Both the position numbers and the translations under genes were made by a program. This document shows positions 19,201 through 25,636 of a stretch of DNA of 64,000 bases, piece by piece. A model generated the notes under the pieces. The model was not told the origin of the DNA, made no database searches, and saw only the letters and a list, made by a program, of their open reading frames with translations. Positions within the stretch are counted from its first letter, which is position 1; each line of letters begins with the position of its first letter. The DNA comes from an uncultured Spirochaetaceae bacterium (GTDB lineage: Bacteria; Spirochaetota; Spirochaetia; SZUA-6; DRHE01), in NCBI GenBank assembly GCA_964389305.1, contig CAYMEK010000007.1, positions 12,911 to 76,910 of the forward strand. The letters run 5' to 3'.

Positions 19201-19410
19201 ATCGCACCCGAGCTGCCCGCCCACTGGCGGAGGCTGGCCTTCAAGATCGTGCACCGCCGGAACTGGTTCCACCTGGACATCACTCCGGGGCGGCTGGAAG
19301 TCAGGAAGCTCGCCGATAGTAAGAAAAACCCGGTGGATATTCTGGTCGCGGGCAAGCGCTACCCGTTGAAGGAAAAGGAATCCATAGAGATTCCGCTGGC
19401 GGCGGAGTAG
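16225..19410 (+). CDS. Fusion protein: beta-phosphoglucomutase-type HAD domain + GH65 disaccharide phosphorylase
   Basis: 1061 aa. N-terminal part has AIFDLDGVITQTA, VASSS, KGKPAPDIF and EDAVSGVEAG. C-terminal part has GH65 hallmarks including GVMGPDEFHE (catalytic Glu region). Confidence 0.85.
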   Translation: MSNTRFCCEGAIFDLDGVITQTAKVHFKAWKQTFDEYLAGRKKKKKEQQRAFDYERDYIPFVDGKPRYQGVKSFLESRDIFIPFGEPADPADKETVCGIGNQKNQLFRELVASDGVEIYDSTISFIKQLKESKIKVGVASSSMNCRFILEKTGLLGMFDAIIGGTASRELDLKGKPAPDIFLVTADNMGVHPSSCLLVEDAVSGVEAGRRGNFALVVGLARSEDGQALKAYGADIVVRDLKELAFRDFERWFEKGLEQDSWILSYHGFEPQQERLRESLTTVGNGYFATRGCIEMNRADEVVHYPGTYIAGVYNKLPSVVYRKTIENNDLVNCPNWLLIEVKINNGKFRSPLDMEILSYEHTLNMHQAVVSRRLTFKDKKGRITTIESSRFASMADAHFCALRFTVRPENWSGKITLRSALDGTVINYGVPRYRELNSRHLTPISVGEREGCIFLQVQTVTSKVRIYMQARHSLLVDGEKLSRSREIVHDVGLVYEQFTFQAEEGRSYTLEKIVSLFTARDRDILDPQAASQDSLSRAGSFADLLESHKRAWRALWDKADFRIQGDRFAQQMLRLHIYHLLCTASPHNRHIDAGMPARGLHGEAYRGHIFWDELFIYPFYNLHFPEISRALLLYRYRRLEGAREYAHQNGFRGSMYPWQTADNGQEETQVIHFNPVSGKWDPDLSSRQRHVSIAVAYTVWEYFYCTGDLEFLNEYGAEILVQTTRFWASIAEYDEADGRYHIRGVMGPDEFHEKHPDADEGGLADNAYTNILASWLMHKTIETLEYLPKQDMKILVEKTGFKPEEKERWNDIVSKMNVVISKEGFISQFDGFLELKELDWEAYRNKYGNIGRLDRILKSEGDSPDRYQLSKQADVLMSYYLLSPGQVKHILELMGYRIGNELELMRKNYDYYCRRTSHGSTLSFIVHSGILKYLEGHKNDMWQWFLTALRSDVEDIQGGTTQEGIHTGVMGGTIDVVMKAFAGISLFKDAVQIAPELPAHWRRLAFKIVHRRNWFHLDITPGRLEVRKLADSKKNPVDILVAGKRYPLKEKESIEIPLAAE

Positions 19411-19422
19411 CCCGGGCGTAGC

Positions 19423-20439
19423 ATGAAGGAGCGGATCGAGAGAACGCGGTTGCTGATCCTTAAGGTCCTGCGGGAAGCCAGGCAGCCGCTGGGAAGCCAG
19501 CAGATTGCCGAGCAGCTCTCCAGCCGCGGCATGCAGATCAGCGAGCGTACCGTGCGCCTGCACATGCAGGCCCTGGACGGGCAGGGGTTCACCGCGAACA
19601 TGGGTGTACGGGGCAGGCAGATCACCGAGCAGGGACGCGCCGAGCTGGCCCGGGCCAGGGCTTTCGAGAAGGTGGGATTCCTCAACGCCCAGATCGACCA
19701 GATGACTTACCGGATGAGCTTCGACCCGGCCACCCTGGACGGCACCGTGGTGGTCAATGTCAGCCTGCTGAAAACCGAGGTCTTGCTCGAGCACTTTTCG
19801 TTGATGCTGCGGGTCTTTGAAGCCGGCTACTCGATGGGGCGCCTGCTTACCGTCTTCGAACCGGGAGAGCAGGTGGGCGAGATTCTTGTTCCACCCGGCT
19901 TTTTAGGCGTCGGCACCGTATGCTCGATCTCCCTGAACGGCGTGCTCCTGGCCTGCGGAATTCCGACCTTTTCCAGGTTCGGAGGCTTGCTGGAGATGAA
20001 TAAGGGGAAACCGACCCGCTTCGTCGCCATTATCAACTACGACGGCACCACGCTCGATCCCCTGGAGATCTTCATCAAGAGCCGCATGACCAAGTACAGC
20101 GAGGCCGTGGCGAGCGGAAACGGCCTGATCGGTGCGGGATTCCGCGAGCTGCCGGCGGCCAGCAGGGAGCGGGTGGTGGAGCTGGCCTCCCGGCTGGATA
20201 GCATCGGCCTGGGAGGATTCATGGAGATCGGCTGGCCCGGCCAACCTCTTCTGGAAATACCCATCGACGAAGGCCGGATCGGAGCGATCGTGATCGGGGG
20301 CTTGAACCCGGTAGCCATACTGGAAGAAAAAGGAATAGAGGTAGCCTCCCGGGCCCTTTCGGGACTGGTGGACTACCGGAGACTGTTCCCGTACACCGAG
20401 CTGGGACGCCGCCTCAAGAGGATCTCCACATCACGCTAA
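19423..20439 (+). CDS. NrpR-like regulator (winged-helix + DUF128-type domain)
   Basis: 338 aa. N-terminus LLILKVLREARQPLGSQQIAEQLSSRGMQISERTVRLHMQALDGQGFT, then a region with GVGTVCSISLNGVLLACGIP as I recall for NrpR/DUF128 proteins. Only 12 nt after the GH65 gene. Confidence 0.65.
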   Translation: MKERIERTRLLILKVLREARQPLGSQQIAEQLSSRGMQISERTVRLHMQALDGQGFTANMGVRGRQITEQGRAELARARAFEKVGFLNAQIDQMTYRMSFDPATLDGTVVVNVSLLKTEVLLEHFSLMLRVFEAGYSMGRLLTVFEPGEQVGEILVPPGFLGVGTVCSISLNGVLLACGIPTFSRFGGLLEMNKGKPTRFVAIINYDGTTLDPLEIFIKSRMTKYSEAVASGNGLIGAGFRELPAASRERVVELASRLDSIGLGGFMEIGWPGQPLLEIPIDEGRIGAIVIGGLNPVAILEEKGIEVASRALSGLVDYRRLFPYTELGRRLKRISTSR

Positions 20440-20589
20440 CCGGCATAATTGCCGCTCTCAGTACCTAGGCCTCATACCTTAGAGCGGCCGGCAATACCGT
20501 GAACGGCGGCATTTTCAGATTTTTCCCGCAGCCGGACCTTTAAAGAAGGTATATTTTTACACAAAATCAATAAAAATCGGTTTTTTCTC

Positions 20590-20618
20590 TTGACGCTCAG
20601 GTGAAAGAATGCTAGGGT
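20590..20618 (+). promoter_or_regulatory. Candidate sigma70 promoter of the nuoE-like operon
   Basis: TTGACG (20590-20595), 17-nt spacer, TAGGGT (20613-20618), preceded by an AT-rich tract. Confidence 0.4.
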
Positions 20619-20630
20619 ACTGCTTCAAAC

Positions 20631-20646
20631 CGGCAATATATTGCCG
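20631..20646. promoter_or_regulatory. Perfect 16-bp palindrome CGGCAATATATTGCCG (candidate operator)
   Basis: Lies between the putative -10 and the ATG at 20663. Related half-site pairs occur at 20440-20454 and 20488-20499. Confidence 0.35.
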
Positions 20647-20662
20647 TTATCAGAGGCAGGCA

Positions 20663-21205
20663 ATGGAAACGGAAATCATGACGAAGTTCGCGAAAAAAAC
20701 GGGCGGCAACAACGGCCGTTCGTCCCTGGCGACGGCTTCAGGGCTGTCTACCCTTTCACCTGCAGGCGATAAACGCCCGGACCGGCGGCCGGCCGAGCTG
20801 ATCGAGCGGATGCAGGACCTGCAGGAAGCCCACGGCTTCCTCCCGGAAACGCTGCTGCGCGATCTGGCCTGTGAACTGGAAGTGGCGCCGATCGAAGTGT
20901 ATCGGGTCGCCAGCTTCTACAGGGCCTTCTCCCTGAAACCGAAAGGCCGCCACCTGATCACCCTCTGCAACGGCACCGCCTGTCACGTTCGCGGCTCCTC
21001 GACTCTCCTGGAGACTCTGCGAACCCAGGTCGGAATCGGTCCGGGAGAAACGAGTGAGGATGGCCGCTTCACTGTGCAGACGGTCAACTGCCTGGGGGCC
21101 TGCGCCCTGGGGCCTATAGCGGTTATCGACGGACGATATCACCATCACGTGAATCCGGCCAAGCTTCGCGCTCTGATCCGGGAGCTCAGCGAGAACGGGG
21201 AATAG
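20663..21205 (+). CDS. NuoE/HydC-like thioredoxin-fold [2Fe-2S] subunit
   Basis: ORF 20609..21205 trimmed to the ATG with GAGG upstream, since the track start would lie inside the predicted promoter. Cys ligand pairs LCNGTAC and NCLGAC. Confidence 0.85.
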   Translation: METEIMTKFAKKTGGNNGRSSLATASGLSTLSPAGDKRPDRRPAELIERMQDLQEAHGFLPETLLRDLACELEVAPIEVYRVASFYRAFSLKPKGRHLITLCNGTACHVRGSSTLLETLRTQVGIGPGETSEDGRFTVQTVNCLGACALGPIAVIDGRYHHHVNPAKLRALIRELSENGE

Positions 21206-21226
21206 AAAGTCTCTCGCGGGTATCCG

Positions 21227-23116
21227 ATGCACTGCCGGACCATCGGAGAGCTAACGAATCTGCGGAAAGCTCTCCAAGAGGACAGGGAAAAAGCGCGACA
21301 CACACTGATTCTCTCTTCAGGCACCTGCGGTCAGGCCTGCGGCTCCGGGCAGGTTGCCGAGGCTTTGGCGGAAGGGCTGCGCGGCAGCCGGCTGAACGGC
21401 GCGGTTCGCCTGCGGGTTACCGGCTGTCACGGCTTCTGTGAACAGGAGCCGCTTTTAATCGTGGAGCCCCAGGACCTCCTGTACTGCCGGATCAAGCCGG
21501 AGGATATCCCGGAAATCATTTCCGAGACCCTCGAGCAAGGCGTAGTCGTGGAGAGGCTGCTGTATTCGGATCCCTCCACAGGCCGAAAGATCTCCTGCGA
21601 GTCCGAGCTTCCCTTCTATCGCCACCAGGACCGGACCCTGATAGGCAGGAACAGGCTCGTCGATCCGCGGCAAATAACCGACTACATCGCCTCCGGCGGG
21701 TATGCCTCGCTGGCCACGGCATTGAGCCGCCTGGAACCCGAACAGGTGATCGAAGAGATCAAGCGTTCCGGCCTGCGCGGCCGGGGAGGAGGGGGATTCC
21801 CAACCGGCAGAAAATGGGAATCCTGCCGCCGCGCTACCGGCTCCCCCAAGTACGTGATCTGCAACGCCGACGAGGGTGATCCTGGGGCCTACATGGACCG
21901 CAGCCTGCTGGAGGGCAATCCCCACTCTATAATCGAGGGAATGCTGATCGGCGCCTATGCTATCGGGGCCGAGCAGGGCTACATCTATGTCCGCAACGAA
22001 TACCCGCTGGCCGTGGAGCACGCCCGGATCGCCATCGAGCAGGCCCGTTCGCTGGGTCTGCTGGGCGAGAACATTCTGGGAAGCTCTTTCTCCTTCGATC
22101 TACAGATAACCCGGGGAGCGGGGGCTTTCGTGTGTGGGGAATCCACGGCGCTGATGGCTTCCCTGGCCGGTGGCGTCGGCGAGCCTTCTCCCAAGGACGT
22201 TCATACCGTGGAGAAGGGATTTCTCGACCGGCCTACCAATCTCAACAACGTGGAGACCTGGGCGAATGTACCTCTGATCATCGAGCAGGGTGCCGATCGT
22301 TTCGCCGCCAAGGGCACGGCGGCCAGCAAAGGCACCAAGATATTCGCCCTCACCGGCAAGGTCCGCAACACCGGCCTGGTGGAGGTGCCCATGGGAACTC
22401 CTCTGGCGCGGATCGTCTACGATATCGGCGGGGGAGCGAGCGACGGAGCCGGCATCAAGGCGGTACAGATCGGAGGGCCCTCTGGCGGCTGCCTGCCCGC
22501 AGAGCTCCTCCACCTGCCGGTGGATTTCGAGGCCATGACTGAGGCGGGGACTATGGTCGGGTCGGGTGGGCTGGTGGTTATGGACAGCCGCACCTGCATG
22601 GTGGACGTAGCCCGTTATTTTCTCGACTTTCTCATCGAAGAATCCTGCGGCAAGTGTTTTCCCTGCCGGGTAGGGCTGCCGCGCATGCGGGAGATCGTCA
22701 CGGATATATGCAACGGCGAGGGCACGATGGAAAAGCTCGAGCTGCTGCAGGAGACCGCCGAGACCGTGTCCAAAGCCTCTCTGTGCGCGCTCGGCAAAAC
22801 CGCTGCCAATCCAGTATTCACCACCATCCGCTACTTCGAGGACGAATACCGGGCGCACATTCTGGAAAAGCGCTGTCCGGCAGGGGTCTGCAAGCCCCTG
22901 ATCCGCTACCGCATCGACCAGCAGCGCTGCAGGGCCTGCGGCGCCTGCGCAAAGATCTGCCCGCAGCAGGCCATCACGGTCCTTAGGAAAGGAGGGGAAA
23001 AAAGCTACCTCATCCAATCCGAGCTGTGCTCGAAATGCGGGACCTGCCGCCAGGCCTGTGCCTTCGAAGCGATTGAAGTTGTCCAGGAGGAGCGATGCCG
23101 GAATACGTTAGCCTGA
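21227..23116 (+). CDS. NuoF/HydB-like NADH-binding FMN/Fe-S subunit with N-terminal [2Fe-2S]-type and C-terminal 2x[4Fe-4S] extensions
   Basis: 629 aa with GLRGRGGGGFPTGRKW, ESCGKCFPCRVG, N-terminal GTCGQACGS...VTGCHGFC, and C-terminal CRACGACAKICP and CSKCGTCRQAC. Confidence 0.9.
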   Translation: MHCRTIGELTNLRKALQEDREKARHTLILSSGTCGQACGSGQVAEALAEGLRGSRLNGAVRLRVTGCHGFCEQEPLLIVEPQDLLYCRIKPEDIPEIISETLEQGVVVERLLYSDPSTGRKISCESELPFYRHQDRTLIGRNRLVDPRQITDYIASGGYASLATALSRLEPEQVIEEIKRSGLRGRGGGGFPTGRKWESCRRATGSPKYVICNADEGDPGAYMDRSLLEGNPHSIIEGMLIGAYAIGAEQGYIYVRNEYPLAVEHARIAIEQARSLGLLGENILGSSFSFDLQITRGAGAFVCGESTALMASLAGGVGEPSPKDVHTVEKGFLDRPTNLNNVETWANVPLIIEQGADRFAAKGTAASKGTKIFALTGKVRNTGLVEVPMGTPLARIVYDIGGGASDGAGIKAVQIGGPSGGCLPAELLHLPVDFEAMTEAGTMVGSGGLVVMDSRTCMVDVARYFLDFLIEESCGKCFPCRVGLPRMREIVTDICNGEGTMEKLELLQETAETVSKASLCALGKTAANPVFTTIRYFEDEYRAHILEKRCPAGVCKPLIRYRIDQQRCRACGACAKICPQQAITVLRKGGEKSYLIQSELCSKCGTCRQACAFEAIEVVQEERCRNTLA

Positions 23117-23793
23117 CCATCGACGGCTGCCTGGTGCGCGCTCCGCGGGGGACCTCCGTGCTGGACGCCGCCCTGGAGTACGGAATCTGCATTCCCCATC
23201 TATGTCATATGAGGGACTTGACGCCCCTCGGCGCCTGCAGGCTCTGCCTGGTCGAGGTGGTGGCTAACGGGCGCTCCAGGATCACCACCTCCTGCACCCT
23301 GGAGGTAAAGGAGGGCCTGGTCATAAAGGCCCATACCGAGCAGATCCGCCGCATCCGCAAGAACCTGGCCGAGATGCTGGTCGCCGAAGCGCCGAACTCC
23401 AGGGCCATCCAGGATATCGCCCTGCGCTGCGGCGTGAAAAGGGTGCGCTATCCCTTCCACCACGCCGATTGCGTGCTCTGCGGCCGTTGCGTACGGGTGT
23501 GCACCGAGGTCTGGCGGTCCGGCTCGCTGGGCTTCGTGGGCCGGGGACAGGAACGCCGGGTGGCCCTGCCCTTCGAGCAGCGTCCCGATACCTGCAAGCA
23601 CTGCAATAGCTGCATCACCGTATGTCCCATGACCATCCCGCCCTGCGACGGCCCGATGAAGAAGGGGGAGGAGTATTTCTGCGGGAAATGCGAGTCCCAA
23701 CTGCTGGCAGCGGAACAGTCCCCCGGAAGCTGCATCTGGTGCCGGCTGGGCGAAGGATTTCAATGCACCCGCCAGGTGGCTCGAAAGAAATAG
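23095..23793 (+). CDS. Fe-S relay protein resembling the NuoG/HydA N-terminus ([2Fe-2S] + 2x[4Fe-4S]); no catalytic domain
   Basis: 232 aa with IPHLCH...GACRLCLVEV, HHADCVLCGRCVRVC and CKHCNSCITVCP, plus a C-terminal CGKC...CIWC pair. Confidence 0.8.
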   Translation: MPEYVSLTIDGCLVRAPRGTSVLDAALEYGICIPHLCHMRDLTPLGACRLCLVEVVANGRSRITTSCTLEVKEGLVIKAHTEQIRRIRKNLAEMLVAEAPNSRAIQDIALRCGVKRVRYPFHHADCVLCGRCVRVCTEVWRSGSLGFVGRGQERRVALPFEQRPDTCKHCNSCITVCPMTIPPCDGPMKKGEEYFCGKCESQLLAAEQSPGSCIWCRLGEGFQCTRQVARKK

Positions 23794-23805
23794 GAGGAAC
23801 TCGAT

Positions 23806-25404
23806 ATGAACCTGCAGCGACCGAACGCCAACGACGTGACCCAGACGGTTAACCGCTCCCCGAACGTGGTGCCCGGATCAGGACTGTGCAGCCGCTGTAT
23901 CGACGGCTGCCGCGGCAACTGCGAGGTGTTCAAATCCGCTTTCCGCAGCCGGGAGGTGCTCTACCCCGGGCCCTATGGGGAAATCTCAGCGGGGGGTGAT
24001 AAGGACTACCCGGTGGACTACTCCCACCTGAACATCCAGGGCTACGCATCCGGCGCCAGGGGACTGCCGGAAGGGGTGGAGGCCGGCCCGGATACCGCCA
24101 TCTTTCCCGAAGTGAGCACCGAGACCGAGTATGGGTGGCAGTCCAAGGTGAAGATGAAGATTCCGGTCTTCTCCGGCGCCCTGGGCTCCACCGACATCGC
24201 CCGCAAGAACTGGGAGCACTTCGCCATCGGCGCCGCCATCTCCGGGGTCACCGTAGTCTGCGGCGAAAACGTCTGCGGGGTCGATCCGGGATTGGAGCTG
24301 GACTCCAGGGGCAAGATCTCCCTTTCTCCCGATCTGGACCGGCGCATCGAAATCTATAAGCGGTTCCACGAGGGCTACGGGGAGATTCTCGTACAGATGA
24401 ACGTGGAGGACACCCGCCTCGGGGTGGCCGAGTATGTGCGCAGCAAGCACGGGCTGGACACCATCGAGCTGAAGTGGGGACAGGGGGCCAAGTGCATCGG
24501 CGGTGAGATCAAGGTCAAGACCCTCGAGCGCGCTCTGGAGCTGAAGAAGCGGGGCTACCTGGTGACCCCCGATCCCGGTCTGGAAACGGTCCGGGCGGCG
24601 TTCAAGAACGGGGCGATACGGGAGTTCGAACGCCACTCCCGCCTGGGCTTCGTGAGCGAGGAGAGCTTCCACCGTGAGATCGAGCGCCTGCGGGCTCTGG
24701 GATTCTCCCGCATCACCCTGAAGACCGGCGCCTACTCCATGAAGGAGCTGGCCATGGCGATCAGGTATGCTTCGGATGCCAGGCTGGACCTGCTGACCAT
24801 CGACGGCGCTCCCGGCGGCACCGGCATGAGCCCCTGGCGCATGATGGAGGAATGGGGAATTCCCACCTTCTACCTGCAGTCCCTGGCCTACGAGTTCTGC
24901 GAGCGGCTGGCCGCCCGGGGACAAAGGGTGCCCGATCTGGCCGTTGCCGGGGGTTTTTCCAGCGAGGATCACCTGTTCAAGGTTCTGGCCGTGGGGGCCC
25001 CCTACGTAAAAGCGGTCTGCATGGGCCGGGCCTTCATCATTCCCGGCATGGTGGGCAAGAACATAGGCTACTGGATCGAAGGCAATGACCTGCCTAGCAC
25101 CGTCTCCCAGTACGGAAGGACCCCCCGGGAAATCTTCGTCTGCTACGACGAGCTGGCCGGCAGGTACGCGTCACTGAGCGAGGAGATACCACTCGGGGCG
25201 ATCGGGGTCTACAGCTTTCTCCTGAAGCTGAAGGTCGGGCTGCAGCAGCTAATGGCGGGAAGCAGGAACTTCAGGGTATCGAGTATCTCACGCAGCGACG
25301 TCATGGCCCTGACCGAGGAGGCGGCGAAGATCTCCGGCATTCCCTATATCATGGACGCCTACCGGGAAGAAGCGCAGTCGATCCTCGACGGCTCGAGTAC
25401 CTGA
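23806..25404 (+). CDS. FMN-binding glutamate-synthase-family protein (GltB central/FMN domain only)
   Basis: 532 aa with overall similarity to the GltS FMN domain as recalled (GAKCIGGEIK, IDGAPGGTGMSP, LAVAGGF). Extra N-terminal CSRCIDGCRGNC motif. Confidence 0.8.
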   Translation: MNLQRPNANDVTQTVNRSPNVVPGSGLCSRCIDGCRGNCEVFKSAFRSREVLYPGPYGEISAGGDKDYPVDYSHLNIQGYASGARGLPEGVEAGPDTAIFPEVSTETEYGWQSKVKMKIPVFSGALGSTDIARKNWEHFAIGAAISGVTVVCGENVCGVDPGLELDSRGKISLSPDLDRRIEIYKRFHEGYGEILVQMNVEDTRLGVAEYVRSKHGLDTIELKWGQGAKCIGGEIKVKTLERALELKKRGYLVTPDPGLETVRAAFKNGAIREFERHSRLGFVSEESFHREIERLRALGFSRITLKTGAYSMKELAMAIRYASDARLDLLTIDGAPGGTGMSPWRMMEEWGIPTFYLQSLAYEFCERLAARGQRVPDLAVAGGFSSEDHLFKVLAVGAPYVKAVCMGRAFIIPGMVGKNIGYWIEGNDLPSTVSQYGRTPREIFVCYDELAGRYASLSEEIPLGAIGVYSFLLKLKVGLQQLMAGSRNFRVSSISRSDVMALTEEAAKISGIPYIMDAYREEAQSILDGSST

Positions 25405-25572
25405 CGGCACGCAGCTTCGGGGGCGTCTGCGGTCGGCTTCAGCGGCGCAGGCGTTTCCGCAGGCCCGCGTCTGAAAGGACACATCTGAGACCCGGTAAAA
25501 AGCGGCAATCCATCTCTGCCCGCGGAAAATTGGTATAATTTTGCATTTTGCTTATTTTTTTTAAAATTAGAT

Positions 25573-25601
25573 TTGCTCTGCTGAATTTAATCTGCTAAAA
25601 T
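25573..25601 (+). promoter_or_regulatory. Candidate sigma70 promoter for the NCS1 permease (a second, extended -10 TGgTATAAT lies at 25531-25539)
   Basis: TTGCTC (25573-25578), 17-nt spacer, TAAAAT (25596-25601). AAGGAGGAG RBS before the ATG at 25637. Confidence 0.45.
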
Positions 25602-25636
25602 CACGGAAAACCTCAATTCACACTAAGGAGGAGTAT

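Noticed and set aside
16687-19794. 1035-aa minus-strand ORF, the longest in the track after the GH65 fusion
   Set aside because: It is entirely antisense to the well-supported GH65/NrpR-like genes. The translation is low-complexity (rich in G, P, A, V, L, Q, H, D) with no recognisable motif. This is the typical shadow ORF of GC3-rich coding DNA.
25439-25513. 24-codon minus-strand ORF (MDCRFLPGLRCVLSDAGLRKRLRR) ending in the shared 23-nt element
   Set aside because: It has no convincing RBS or promoter on that strand and overlaps the plus-strand permease promoter region. The similarity to the FemAB-like C-terminus is limited to the 23-nt identity. I treat it as a sequence remnant rather than a gene.
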